NCBI GenBank assembly: GCA_034530615.2
Contig: JAVRCV020000033.1
Coordinates: 64,001-128,000, forward strand
DNA length: 64,000 bases
Source of the DNA: Aulosira sp. ZfuVER01
GTDB taxonomy: Bacteria; Cyanobacteriota; Cyanobacteriia; Cyanobacteriales; Nostocaceae
Direction: 5' to 3'
The position numbers and the translations under genes were made by a program. Each line of letters opens with the position of its first letter. The first letter of the stretch is position 1. The notes under the pieces are model-generated. The model saw only the letters and a program-made list of their open reading frames with translations. It made no database searches and had not been told where the DNA came from. Positions 48,713 to 59,014 of the stretch are shown here, piece after piece.

Positions 48713-50314
48713 ATGACGAGCATCACAGATCGTTACGACATCATTATTATCGGTACAGGCGCAGGTGGCGGGACTTTGGTTCACCGCCTTGCACCTACGG
48801 GTAAAAAAATCCTAGTGCTGGAACGAGGCGACTTTTTACCAAGAGAAAAAGATAACTGGAATCCACAGGAAGTTTATCAAAAACATCGCTATCATACCGA
48901 TGAAGAATGGTATGACAAAGAAGGTAAAGCTTTTAAACCCCAAACAGGTTACTGGGTTGGCGGTAATACTAAACTTTACGGTGCAGCCTTAGTTAGATTA
49001 CGAGAGCGAGATTTTGAAAAGGTAATTCATCAAGATGGGATTTCTCCAGAATGGCCTTTAAAGTATCAAGACTTTGAGCCTTACTACACCCAAGCAGAAA
49101 AGTTGTATGACGTGCATGGAAAGGCAGGGGAAGATCCAACAGAACCGCCTCGTAGCGAGCCATATCCTTATCCGTGTGTGAGTCATGAGCCGGATATGCA
49201 GTCTATTGTTGATGGTATCCGCGAACTGGGGTATTACCCATTTCATCTACCTATAGGATTAAAGTTGAATGAGAGCGATAGCGAAGCGCTGCTGCTTTCA
49301 GCAGATCGCATTAATAGCCCTTGTATTCGCTGCGATACTTTTGACGGCTATCCTTGCTTAGTACACGCCAAAGCCGATGCTGATGTTAACGCTGTTCGTC
49401 CGACTCGTGAAAAGTATGCCAATGTTACCCTCCTCACCAATGCTAAAGTGTTGCGGCTGCATACTAGTGAGTCAGGACGAGAGGTGACGAGGGTAGAAAC
49501 AGAAATTGCTGGGGAACAGCACCACTTTTGGGGCGATATTGTAGTTGTTGCTTGTGGTTCTGTGAACTCAGCCGCTTTGCTGTTACGTTCTGCAAATGAC
49601 AAGCATCCTAATGGATTGGCAAACAGTTCCGATCAAGTAGGGCGAAATTTCATGAAACAGTTGGAAACAGCTATAGTTTCCATCCATTTAGACGTAAATC
49701 ACGCTAAGTTTCAAAAAACCATTGCTGTCAACGATTTTTATTGGGGAGAACCAGATTTTCCCTATCCGATGGGTATGGTGCAGAATACGGGCAATGTGCT
49801 TGCAGATATGATACCCGCCGAGGCTCCGCCACTGATGGCTCCGTTTATCAAGCTAATTCCTCACTTTGAGCGCCATTTGTTAGCCGAACGTTCGGTTGGC
49901 TGGTGGTTACAAACAGAAGATTTACCATATCCAAATAATCGGATTCGTGTGGTAGGGGAGAAGATTCACATTGACTATAGGCCTAATAATATTGAAGCCA
50001 GCGATCGCCTAATTCACCGATGGACATCTGTACTCAAATCAATCCCGCGTTCTGCTAAACACGTCCTGCCATTTAGTATTTATCCCCGCACTCACATACC
50101 AGAACAAGCAGTTGCCCATCAATGCGGTAGTTGTCGATTTGGTACAAATCCCAAAACTTCAGTTCTGGATATTAACTGCCGTACCCATGATGTCGATAAT
50201 CTTTATGTTGTAGATAGTAGTTTCTTTCCGTCAAATTCCGGCGTTAACCCGACGCTGACAATTATGGCCAATGCCTTGCGCGTAGGCGATAGCATAGCTG
50301 AACGATTAAAGTAA
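48713..50314 (+). CDS. GMC oxidoreductase
   Basis: IIIGTGAGGG, VGGNTK.YGA, AHQCGSCRFG, NLYVVD.SFFP, NPTLTI.ANA. Confidence 0.92.
   Translation: MTSITDRYDIIIIGTGAGGGTLVHRLAPTGKKILVLERGDFLPREKDNWNPQEVYQKHRYHTDEEWYDKEGKAFKPQTGYWVGGNTKLYGAALVRLRERDFEKVIHQDGISPEWPLKYQDFEPYYTQAEKLYDVHGKAGEDPTEPPRSEPYPYPCVSHEPDMQSIVDGIRELGYYPFHLPIGLKLNESDSEALLLSADRINSPCIRCDTFDGYPCLVHAKADADVNAVRPTREKYANVTLLTNAKVLRLHTSESGREVTRVETEIAGEQHHFWGDIVVVACGSVNSAALLLRSANDKHPNGLANSSDQVGRNFMKQLETAIVSIHLDVNHAKFQKTIAVNDFYWGEPDFPYPMGMVQNTGNVLADMIPAEAPPLMAPFIKLIPHFERHLLAERSVGWWLQTEDLPYPNNRIRVVGEKIHIDYRPNNIEASDRLIHRWTSVLKSIPRSAKHVLPFSIYPRTHIPEQAVAHQCGSCRFGTNPKTSVLDINCRTHDVDNLYVVDSSFFPSNSGVNPTLTIMANALRVGDSIAERLK
49275..49309. repeat. 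27-bp in-frame insertion in a HIP1 site inside the GMC gene
   Basis: GCGAT-AGCGAAGCGCTGCTGCTTTCAGCA-GATCGC: 35 nt in place of 8. Confidence 0.7.
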
Positions 50315-50320
50315 AAAGCT

Positions 50321-50821
50321 ATGAAAAGAGAGACATCACAGGATTCCTTGATTAGTTTGATATTGCCCATAGCACTCATCTTCGGGCTAGTTCTGCTATT
50401 GAGTTTGAATGTAGGAGGTGGCGGAGAGAGCAGAGAAACTACTCCTTTAGAAATAGGGCTGAAAGTGATTGTCGGTTATTTGGCAGCAGGCACAGAAATT
50501 GCCGCAGCAATTGTGATTGGTGGAGCCGTTATCCGAGGTATTGCTTCCTATTTGCGCTTGTTGTTTTCTCGTTCCAAACAACATTTTGATGCTACCGAAG
50601 GAGTGCGTCTGCAACTGGGGCGAGTCTTAGCATTGGGGTTGGAATTCACTGTTGCTAGCGATATTCTGCGGACAGCCGTAGCACCCACGCGGCAGGATAT
50701 TTTAAATTTAGGAGCGATTGTCTTGCTGCGAACCTTGCTGAATTATTTCTTAGAACGTGAGATTCAACAGGGAGAGCAACGCCGTTTACCAGAGTCGGAA
50801 CTGGACAGGAGTATACGATGA
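50321..50821 (+). CDS. DUF1622 membrane protein
   Basis: RLQLGR.L.LGLEF.VA.DI.RT..P, IVLLRT.L.YFL..EI. Confidence 0.88.
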   Translation: MKRETSQDSLISLILPIALIFGLVLLLSLNVGGGGESRETTPLEIGLKVIVGYLAAGTEIAAAIVIGGAVIRGIASYLRLLFSRSKQHFDATEGVRLQLGRVLALGLEFTVASDILRTAVAPTRQDILNLGAIVLLRTLLNYFLEREIQQGEQRRLPESELDRSIR

Positions 50822-51348
50822 AATCCCATCTTTCCAGCTTAAAACCTTTAGAAGGTGCAAATCGAGCGCTCCGTCGCCGCCTCAATTGGAAAGGTGAGTT
50901 GGCATTAGCTACTGCTCCAACAATAGTCATCTTGAGCGTGTTTGCTCTAGTTGAAGTCTTAACCCGTCAGCGTTTGTTGTTTGCTTCTCTGGCTTCTAGT
51001 GCCTTTCTAATTTATCTAGATCCCCAGCACGGTACAAATACGATGCGAACTCTAGCTATCTCCCAAATGATGGCAGCTGGAATCGGTTTTGTAACATATA
51101 TGCTCTTAGGTTCGGGCTATCTGTCTGGGGGTACTGCAATGATTAGCACAATCGTGCTGATGATCCTCTTAGATGTGATGCATCCTCCCGCCGTTGCTAC
51201 ATCCTTAAGCTTTGCTTTAAAAGCTGGTAATGAAAACAACCTCGTTTTGTTTGGGTTGGCTGTGGGTATCACTGCTCTGTTGGTGGGACTAGAACGCTTT
51301 GCTTTGTGGTTGCTGGTATACCTGAGTCCGAAAAACTCAAAATTTTAA
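50818..51348 (+). CDS. HPP family membrane protein
   Basis: ASLASSAFL, MHPPAVAT. Confidence 0.85.
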   Translation: MKSHLSSLKPLEGANRALRRRLNWKGELALATAPTIVILSVFALVEVLTRQRLLFASLASSAFLIYLDPQHGTNTMRTLAISQMMAAGIGFVTYMLLGSGYLSGGTAMISTIVLMILLDVMHPPAVATSLSFALKAGNENNLVLFGLAVGITALLVGLERFALWLLVYLSPKNSKF

Positions 51349-51362
51349 CTAAGGACAGACAC

Positions 51363-51713
51363 ATGAACAACGAAGAAAACTCTACTTCTAACCAAGAACA
51401 TGAAAATCAAGCGCCATCAAATGCTCATCCGATTGCAACGGGATTGGGCGCAGCCGGAGGTGGAATTGCCGGAGCCGCAATTGGTCGCTCCATTGGTGGT
51501 AAAGTTGGGGCGGCGATAGGTGGGGTTGCAGGTGCGATCGCACTTGGCGTTGCAGCCAATGAACTAGCAGAATACGCTGAAGAATTTATTGAAGAACTCC
51601 AACCGACGGTAGGCTTAGGATTAGGAGCCGATCATAAACCAATTGAACTACCCCGCCATTACACTTGGGAAGAATTACAAGCATTATCAAAACCCCAAAG
51701 TGATAGCAATTAA
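51363..51713 (+). CDS. glycine-zipper protein (start MNNEE)
   Basis: HPIATGLGAAGGGIAGAAIG...GAAIGGVAGA; AAGGA RBS. Confidence 0.75.
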   Translation: MNNEENSTSNQEHENQAPSNAHPIATGLGAAGGGIAGAAIGRSIGGKVGAAIGGVAGAIALGVAANELAEYAEEFIEELQPTVGLGLGADHKPIELPRHYTWEELQALSKPQSDSN

Positions 51714-51746
51714 AAATCCAAAATCTAAAATCCAAAATCTAAAATT
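51712..51746. repeat. STRR heptamer run (AAAATCY)n
   Basis: aaaatcc aaaatct aaaatcc aaaatct aaaatt. Confidence 0.85.
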
Positions 51747-51757
51747 GGTTATTAATC

Positions 51758-52513
51758 ATGTTTCCACTTTGGTTAAAAGCAGGTTTTTGGGGTTTAGTCG
51801 GCGGTTCAGCACTGCTGTTGGGTTCTGCCGTGGGTTACTATGTCAAAATTCCCCAAAGAGCGATTGCCGCAGTTATGGCTTTTGGTGCTGGCGTGTTAAT
51901 TTCTGCCCTAGCCTTTGAATTGATGGATGAAGCTTACAAGCGTGGTGGCTTTGACTCAACAGCGATCGGATTTGTGAGTGGTGCAGTTGTTTACACAGCT
52001 GCCAACTGGTTTCTATCCTATCAAGGTGCAAAGCATCGCAAGCGTTCTGGCGAGCAGCAGCCATCAGAGGAAGAAAATAGTGGTAGTGGACTTGCCATTG
52101 CAGTCGGTGCATTACTCGATGGTATTCCCGAATCTATCGTGATTGGTGTCAGTATGATTGGCGGCGGCATTGTTAGTTGGGTGACAGTGGCGGCGGTTTT
52201 TCTGTCTAACGTTCCCGAAGGACTTTCTAGCGCTGCGGGGATGAAAAAAGCTGGACGTTCAACTGCATATATCTTTGGTGTGTGGGGAGCGATCGCCATC
52301 ATCTCTGGTATAGCTGCACTTCTGGGCTATAGTTTGTTCAGTCACTTCTCACAAGAAGTTATCGCCGCCACTACTGCTGTAGCTGCAGGTGCGATTTTAG
52401 CGATGATTTCAGACACCATGATTCCCGAAGCTTTCGAGCAAGCCCATGATTTTGCTGGGCTAATTGTTGTCTTTGGATTTTTGGCTGCTTTTGTTCTGAG
52501 CAAACTTGCTTGA
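51758..52513 (+). CDS. ZIP (ZupT-like) metal transporter
   Basis: MAFGAGVLISAL..EL, LDGIPES, SNVPEG, MIPEAF. Confidence 0.88.
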   Translation: MFPLWLKAGFWGLVGGSALLLGSAVGYYVKIPQRAIAAVMAFGAGVLISALAFELMDEAYKRGGFDSTAIGFVSGAVVYTAANWFLSYQGAKHRKRSGEQQPSEEENSGSGLAIAVGALLDGIPESIVIGVSMIGGGIVSWVTVAAVFLSNVPEGLSSAAGMKKAGRSTAYIFGVWGAIAIISGIAALLGYSLFSHFSQEVIAATTAVAAGAILAMISDTMIPEAFEQAHDFAGLIVVFGFLAAFVLSKLA

Positions 52514-52658
52514 GAATTAGAGCTTCAACCGTTTGAAGTAAATGGTTAATTTGAGGTGCAACCTGACAAATAAAAGGGAAAGAAAAACCTTTAAAATTCC
52601 AAACAAAATTCACAGTTCAAAATGCTATATCTTGCAGTATTGATACTGTCTTATTGTT

Positions 52659-52697
52659 TCTATCTAAAGTAGAATCAAAATTTCATAGTAATTTCAT
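52659..52697 (+). promoter_or_regulatory. composite element: 7-2-7 palindrome + TTTCAT-N5-TTTCAT
   Basis: TCTATCT-AA-AGTAGAA, 6 bp, TTTCAT-AGTAA-TTTCAT, 48 bp before the regulator ATG. Confidence 0.7.
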
Positions 52698-52745
52698 TTT
52701 TGCGTGAAAGCGTAATAAAAGAAGGCTTTTAGCACTAGGTTCACT

Positions 52746-53477
52746 ATGCGGCTGATATTAGTTGAGGATGAAGCGGATTTAGGCGCAGCAATCAAAGAAG
52801 TCCTGAGTCATGAGGCGTATGTAGTTGATTGGTTTTTAGATGGTACTCAAGCATGGCAATATCTAGAAACTGGCTGGACTGAGTACACCCTAGGGATTTT
52901 TGATTGGATGCTACCTGGAGTTTCCGGGGTAGAGTTGTGTAGATGGTTGCGATCGCGCCAATTAATTCTGCCTGTTTTGATGTTAACTGCAAAAGACCGC
53001 ATGGAAGAGAAAATTATTGGTCTAGATAGCGGTGCAGATGACTATTTAGTTAAACCATTTGATATGGCAGAACTACTAGCAAGATTAAGAGCATTACAAC
53101 GCCGTGCTTCTTATGTAGGCACAACATTTACACCCCAAATTCAACCCCGACGCTTACAAGTAGGTTGTCTGACTCTCAATTACATCACACATGAACTTAC
53201 TCGTCATTATCCTAATGGGGAGAAGCAATTATTATCTTTAACTGCCAAAGAATTCCAATTGTTGGAATATTTCATGCGGCATCCTAACCAAATTATCAGT
53301 CGCGATCGGATTATTAATCAACTTTGGGAAATTGGTGTAGAACCAGTTAGCAATGTAGTAGCTGCACAAATTCGCTTATTAAGACGCAAATTGGGAGAAG
53401 AAGACAGCGAATCTTTGATAGAAACTATTTATGGTGTGGGCTATCGCCTCAATATTCATGCTGCTGATTTTTGTTAA
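52746..53477 (+). CDS. rppA: OmpR-family response regulator, RppA/NrsR/CopR-like
   Basis: VEDEADLG, FDWMLPG, LT.KEFQLLEYFM.HP.QI, SNVVAAQIRLLRRKL. Confidence 0.75.
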   Translation: MRLILVEDEADLGAAIKEVLSHEAYVVDWFLDGTQAWQYLETGWTEYTLGIFDWMLPGVSGVELCRWLRSRQLILPVLMLTAKDRMEEKIIGLDSGADDYLVKPFDMAELLARLRALQRRASYVGTTFTPQIQPRRLQVGCLTLNYITHELTRHYPNGEKQLLSLTAKEFQLLEYFMRHPNQIISRDRIINQLWEIGVEPVSNVVAAQIRLLRRKLGEEDSESLIETIYGVGYRLNIHAADFC

Positions 53478-53512
53478 CTTGACAGCGACACTTGGAACAA
53501 GGTTATAAAAAT

Positions 53513-54841
53513 ATGCAACGCAATCCCATTTTCCATCAGACTCGGTTGCGGCTAGCAGCTTGGTATACCCTCGTGATGGGTGGTATTTTAGGGTTATCTG
53601 GACTGGGCGTGTATAGTGTAGTTGCCCATACCTACTATGAAACCATAGACCAGGGATTGCAATCAGTAGCAAAGGCATTACATCAAAGTATTGAACCTGC
53701 TTGGCAGCAACCTGGACATTTAGAGCAACTTGCGAAAGAACTTTCCTTAGAATTATGTATAACTCAAACAAACTGTTTGCCGAAAACAACTCTTATTAAG
53801 CAACCAATCGCAGAGGCAGCTAATTCAGTTAATTACTATATACGCTTATTGGATAGTTCGGAAAAAATATTTGCTATTGCCGGTATGTCATTTGATAAGT
53901 TACCGATAACCTCACCATCAAAGCGTTGGCAAATCCTTAAAGATTTAGATGGCACTAGATATAGCCAAATTACTTTACCTCTATATACTCACAACCAGCT
54001 TTCGGGTTATTTACAAGTAGCGCGAAGCCTCACCGACTTAGACCAACATCTTACTTATTTAAGATTAACTTTATTGCTGGGATTGCCAATTTCCATGATT
54101 TTTGTTGGTTTGTCAAGTTGGTGGTTGGCAGGAAGGGCAATGCAACCTGTATATCATTCGTATCAACAAATGCAACAATTTACTGCTGATGCTGCCCATG
54201 AGTTCCGCACACCTTTAGCAGCAATGTATTCTACTATTGAAGCTGCTATTAAGTTACAGCAAGAACCAAAATCAAATAGTGGAATTTTAGATGTACTCAA
54301 ACGTCAGAATCGCCGCTTATCTCAATTAGTTGGAGATTTACTGCTATTAACAAGAATAGACCAAAAACAACTAACAGCAGAATATCAACCTTGCTGTTTA
54401 AATGATTTAATTAGTGACTTAATTGAGGAATTAGCGTTTTTAGCTGTAGAGACTCAGGTAAATCTATCTAAGCAGATGCAAGTTGCAAAAAAACTGTATG
54501 TGATGGGAAATGAAGAACAGCTTTATCGCCTAATTTCTAACTTAATTATGAATGCGATTCAAGCAACACCTAGTGGGGGAAAAGTTACAGTTTTTTTAGA
54601 AAATAGCGAGCATTACGCTATTATCAAAGTTCAAGATACTGGAATTGGCATTGCTGTTGAACATCAAGCGCGAATTTTCGATCGCTTCTATCGAGTCGAT
54701 CGCGATCGCTCTCGCACCTCTGGCGGTTCGGGTTTGGGTTTAGCTATAGCTATGGCGATCGCTCAAGCACACAAAGGCAGTATTCACGTTCAAAGTCAAC
54801 CTGGGCTAGGTAGCACATTTACAGTCCGGCTTCCTTTATAA
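53513..54841 (+). CDS. rppB: sensor histidine kinase, RppB/NrsS/CopS-like
   Basis: F.QTRLRLA.WY, QFTADAAHEFRTP, IFDRFYRV..DRSR..GG.GLGL. Confidence 0.75.
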   Translation: MQRNPIFHQTRLRLAAWYTLVMGGILGLSGLGVYSVVAHTYYETIDQGLQSVAKALHQSIEPAWQQPGHLEQLAKELSLELCITQTNCLPKTTLIKQPIAEAANSVNYYIRLLDSSEKIFAIAGMSFDKLPITSPSKRWQILKDLDGTRYSQITLPLYTHNQLSGYLQVARSLTDLDQHLTYLRLTLLLGLPISMIFVGLSSWWLAGRAMQPVYHSYQQMQQFTADAAHEFRTPLAAMYSTIEAAIKLQQEPKSNSGILDVLKRQNRRLSQLVGDLLLLTRIDQKQLTAEYQPCCLNDLISDLIEELAFLAVETQVNLSKQMQVAKKLYVMGNEEQLYRLISNLIMNAIQATPSGGKVTVFLENSEHYAIIKVQDTGIGIAVEHQARIFDRFYRVDRDRSRTSGGSGLGLAIAMAIAQAHKGSIHVQSQPGLGSTFTVRLPL

Positions 54842-55153
54842 TTAGAGATTTGCTTTTTTGAGGTACTGAGCAAAGCAAAACAAATTTTCTAATAATACAT
54901 TTTTACACTATTCATCCAATTCTGAAATTTTTGTTACGCAATTTCTTTGTAATTAACTATAACTTGGGAAAGATGTTTTACAACCAAAAATTTAGTTATG
55001 TTGTGTTGTTATCTAGAAATTTTCCTGACCTCAGCTTGTTTGAACAACAAGCTAGAAAATTACTAATTATTTCTCATATTTGCAATTAGTCATAGCTGAT
55101 GCTACTGACTAAAAATATTCATAAAGTAGCAGACGAGATTGTGAGTAGAAAAG

Positions 55154-57451
55154 ATGAAACAGACACGTGATAGCATTGCTGACATTTGGGGCGATCGCAC
55201 TCCCTATTATGGCGAATGGCCTGTGCGAGTAGATGAACACATTATTGATGAACCCGATCAATGGGTGCAATCTGCCTGCATACTTTGTTCCAATGGTTGC
55301 GGTATGGATATTGGCGTGAAAAACGGCGTAATTGTAGGAGTGCGGGGTCGTGCTGTAGATGCAGTTAACCACGGACGACTCGGCCCCAAAGGATTGCATG
55401 GCTGGGTTGCCAATAATAGTATAGATAGACTTACCCAACCGCTGATTCGTCGTCATGGGCAGCTAGAACCAGCAAGCTGGGACGAGGCGATGAATCTCAT
55501 AGTTCAGCGTTCTCAAGAAATTCGTGACAAATATACGAGTGGGGCGATCGGTTTTTACACCTCTGGACAGTTGTTTATAGAGGAATATTATACATTGGGG
55601 GTAATTGGTAAAGCTGGACTGGGAACGCCACACATGGATGGCAACACGCGCTTGTGTACAGCAACGGCTGCGGCTGCACTTCAAGAAAGTTTTGGCACAG
55701 ATGGTCAACCAGGTTCATACACTAACCTTGATACTACCGAAGCAATTTTTCACGTTGGTCACAATATTGCTTCTCAGCAAACTGTTCTCTGGATGCGAAT
55801 CTTAGATCGTCTTGCTGGCCCCAATCCACCCAAGATAATTGTGATTGACCCGCGTGAAACGCAGACTGCCAAAAAAGCGGACGTACATTTACAACTCAAA
55901 GTTGGCACAAATATCCCCGTGATGAATGGACTGCTAAATTTGATGATTCAAGCAGGAAATATTGACCAAGCTTATATTAATGCCCATACCGTAGGTTTTG
56001 AGAAGTTACAGCAAACTGTCAGTAAGTGGACACCAGAACGGGTGGAACTAGTAGCAGGAGTCGCTGCCAAAAAACTCTACGAAGCCGCAGAGATTTTAGG
56101 AGCGACGAAAACCCTAGTATCTACAGTTCTTCAAGGCGTTTACCAGTCAATGCAAGCAACTGCCGCAGCTTGCCAGGTCAATAACCTCCACCTCATCCGG
56201 GGATTAATTGGTCGTCCAGGCTGTGGTATCTATCAAATGAACGGTCAACCCACCGCTCAAAATACCCGCGAATGTGGTGCTGATGGTGCGCTTCCGGCTT
56301 TTCGCAACTGGGATAACCCAAAACACATTGAAGAATTAGCCAAGTTATGGAATGTGCATCCCGATGTGATTCCCCACTGGTCGCCACCAACCCATGCTAT
56401 GCAAATCTGGCGTTACTGCGAACAAAGTTCAATCAAATTGCTCTGGATTAGTGCCACAAATCCAGCAGTCTCTTTACCAGAATTGGCAAGAGTTCGGCGC
56501 ATTCTGGAGAAAGATGATTTGTTTGTAGTGGTGCAGGATGCCTTCATGACCGAGACAGCAAAATTTGCAGATGTCGTCTTACCTGCGGCAATTTGGGGCG
56601 AAAAAACAGGCTGTTATACTAACGTGGATCGAACAGTGCATATTTCCCATAAAGCTGTTGAACCACCAGGGGAAGCACGCTCTGACTTAGATATTTTTCT
56701 TGATTATGCTCGAAGAATGGATTTTCGCGATCGCGATGGCGCACCATTAATTAATTGGGGTAATTCCGAGGAAGCATTTGAAGCTTGGAAAGAATGCACG
56801 CGCGATCGCCCTTGTGATTACACAGGGTTGAGCTATGCAAAACTCACAGGTGGATCGGGAATTCAATGGCCTTGTAACGAACAGCATCCCGATGGTACTC
56901 CCCACCTTTATACCGATGGTGTATTCAACACTGACCCTGATTATTGTGAAAATTACGGTCACGATCTCGATACTGGTGCTGCTGTGACACCTGAAGAATA
57001 CCGCGCCAATAACCCGGCAGGTAAAGCTGTTTTGAAAGCAGCCGACTACATCCCACCCCACGAACAACCAGATGCCGATTATCCTCTTTGGCTAACAACT
57101 GGGCGGCTAGTCTACCATTTTCATACTCGGACTAAAACAGGGCGATCGCCAGCACTCAATGATGCGGCTCCTGATGCTTACGTGCAAATCTCTAAGGAGG
57201 ATGCAACTAAGTACGGGATTGCTAGTGGCGATCTGGTTGAGGTTGAGTCTCGCCGGGGTAAGGTAGTAGAACCTGCCACGATCGGTGATATCGAACCAGG
57301 GTTAGTGTTTATTCCTTTCCACTATGGTTATTGGGATGAGCCAAATCGAAGTCGTGCAGCCAACGAACTCACAATTACTGAGTGGGACGCAGTGAGCAAA
57401 CAACCCCACTTCAAATACGCAGCAGTTCGCATTCGCAAAGTAGAGGCTTAA
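55154..57451 (+). CDS. bis-MGD molybdoenzyme, nitrate-reductase (NarB/NapA)-like
   Basis: CILCSNGC, NTRLC, GQP, DVVLPAA.WGEK.G..TN, LTTGR..HFHT.TKT, PHFK..AV. Confidence 0.85.
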   Translation: MKQTRDSIADIWGDRTPYYGEWPVRVDEHIIDEPDQWVQSACILCSNGCGMDIGVKNGVIVGVRGRAVDAVNHGRLGPKGLHGWVANNSIDRLTQPLIRRHGQLEPASWDEAMNLIVQRSQEIRDKYTSGAIGFYTSGQLFIEEYYTLGVIGKAGLGTPHMDGNTRLCTATAAAALQESFGTDGQPGSYTNLDTTEAIFHVGHNIASQQTVLWMRILDRLAGPNPPKIIVIDPRETQTAKKADVHLQLKVGTNIPVMNGLLNLMIQAGNIDQAYINAHTVGFEKLQQTVSKWTPERVELVAGVAAKKLYEAAEILGATKTLVSTVLQGVYQSMQATAAACQVNNLHLIRGLIGRPGCGIYQMNGQPTAQNTRECGADGALPAFRNWDNPKHIEELAKLWNVHPDVIPHWSPPTHAMQIWRYCEQSSIKLLWISATNPAVSLPELARVRRILEKDDLFVVVQDAFMTETAKFADVVLPAAIWGEKTGCYTNVDRTVHISHKAVEPPGEARSDLDIFLDYARRMDFRDRDGAPLINWGNSEEAFEAWKECTRDRPCDYTGLSYAKLTGGSGIQWPCNEQHPDGTPHLYTDGVFNTDPDYCENYGHDLDTGAAVTPEEYRANNPAGKAVLKAADYIPPHEQPDADYPLWLTTGRLVYHFHTRTKTGRSPALNDAAPDAYVQISKEDATKYGIASGDLVEVESRRGKVVEPATIGDIEPGLVFIPFHYGYWDEPNRSRAANELTITEWDAVSKQPHFKYAAVRIRKVEA

Positions 57452-57452
57452 T

Positions 57453-57911
57453 ATGCACATCGGAAATTATCTCGGATTGGTTCACCATAGCGAGCAACAA
57501 CTTGCTGATGCTTTGATGACTATTGCCAATCATCATCAAGATGAACCAGACATTGAAGAAATTTGTCAGCTACTTTCATATTGGTCACAGCAGCATCTCC
57601 AAGCACTGAAACCGATGCTTGAACGTTACTCGGAAGAAAAAAGTGAAGAACCAGAAAGATTGACTCAAATCTTGTTTGAAGAACCGAGAAGCGGTAGCCT
57701 AGCACTCTTACGAGATCTACATGATTTGTGGCTACTGGCAAACGAAGTACAACTGTGCTGGATAGTTATTGAACAAGCAGCAAGAGCACTAAGAGACGAA
57801 GAGTTGTTAACAATCTGTAAGCAATGTACCGAACAGACCAAACGCCAGCTTTCTTGGTTGATGCATCGGATTAAACAATCAGCTCCTCAAACACTTGTGG
57901 TTGCTGCTTAA
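57453..57911 (+). CDS. helical ferritin-like hypothetical protein
   Basis: All-helical, His/Glu-rich (E...HH.DEPD; LLRDLHDL; Q.ARALRD.EL); 1 bp after the molybdoenzyme stop. Confidence 0.6.
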   Translation: MHIGNYLGLVHHSEQQLADALMTIANHHQDEPDIEEICQLLSYWSQQHLQALKPMLERYSEEKSEEPERLTQILFEEPRSGSLALLRDLHDLWLLANEVQLCWIVIEQAARALRDEELLTICKQCTEQTKRQLSWLMHRIKQSAPQTLVVAA

Positions 57912-57931
57912 TAGTTTAGGAAAAGTAACCT

Positions 57932-58399
57932 ATGTCAGTAAATTCTGCTCCCAAATTTTTCCAATTTGAAGCTGATTTCGTGGCTTCTCTGCGCTGTATC
58001 CCTATGCAGGTACGCTTTAAATTGGACACCTGCGGCATTAAATTGAAATTGTCTGACTGGCACAAGTTCACTCAAGAGGAACGCCAACAATTAGTAGACA
58101 TACCCTGCTCCACGCAAGCAGAAATTCAAGCATATCGGGAACTGCTTAGAGAACTAGTTGCAGCTTATACCAACGAACTCCCTAAAGATTTGCCTGTCGA
58201 AGCCTATCCCCTTTGGTGTGATGAAACAAGCATACCTCCTAGCGTTCAAGAGAAAATCCTAGGATTAGAAGTAAGTATGAGCCTAGAGCAATGGGCAGCT
58301 TTGTCTTCTTTAGAGCGATTTGTGCTAATTAAACTCAGCCGTCCCAGCCACGAAAATAAAAACTTTTACCCTGCCCTTCAAGAGTTTCATCTTGCCTAA
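57932..58399 (+). CDS. narM: nitrate reductase-associated maturation protein
   Basis: FFQFEADFV.SLRCIPM.VR.KLD.CGIKLKL..W; RF.LIKLSRPSHENKNF. Confidence 0.9.
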   Translation: MSVNSAPKFFQFEADFVASLRCIPMQVRFKLDTCGIKLKLSDWHKFTQEERQQLVDIPCSTQAEIQAYRELLRELVAAYTNELPKDLPVEAYPLWCDETSIPPSVQEKILGLEVSMSLEQWAALSSLERFVLIKLSRPSHENKNFYPALQEFHLA

Positions 58400-58468
58400 A
58401 ACACCCAAATCTTCAGTCAACAGACCTCCCTAACCCTAACTCAGCCACGAAAGTCAATTCTCAAAAAT

Positions 58469-59014
58469 ATGACGAAAGAACAACACAAGCAAACCAATGC
58501 TTCATCAAATCAGCGATCGCCCTCAAAAGTGCCTGACATTATTTGGGCACCATTGACATCTGCGGCATTAATCCTGATTGTAGGGCTTTTAGGGTGGGTA
58601 GCACATCAACCGTGGCTATTTCCGAGTCTGGGGCCAACAGTATTCTTGCAAGCAGAACAACCACAATAACCCACAGCTCGTTTCTATAACGTAGTAGTGG
58701 GACATTTGCACGGATTGATTGCTGGTGTATTAGCAGTTCTATTATTGGGGGCGAACAATGCGCCGTCGGTTTTATTAACAGGCGAACTTACTTTAGTGCG
58801 TGTTTGGGCTGCTGTCTTAGCGATCGCGTTGAATATGCTCTTAGGATTTTTACTCAAAGCTTCTCATCCACCAGCAGCAGCTACTACTCTGTTGTTTGCT
58901 TTGGGAGGTCTTAAACCAACAGTGCATGATGGATTAACCGTCACGATTGGTGTATTAATTATTGCCGTGCTAGGTGAAGGGGTGCGGCGATTTCGACTTG
59001 GACAAATTAAGTAA
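58469..59014 (+). pseudogene. HPP family protein split by a single in-frame TAA (58667-58669)
   Basis: WLFPSLGPTVFL..EQPQ*PTARFYNVVVGH...SHPPAAATT in one frame. Confidence 0.8.

Noticed and set aside
54949..54962. NtcA-like site before the molybdoenzyme
   Set aside because: GTA-N8-TAA is imperfect and has no properly spaced -10 box
58667..58669. Programmed read-through or selenocysteine recoding
   Set aside because: The codon is TAA, not TGA or TAG, and no downstream recoding hairpin was seen
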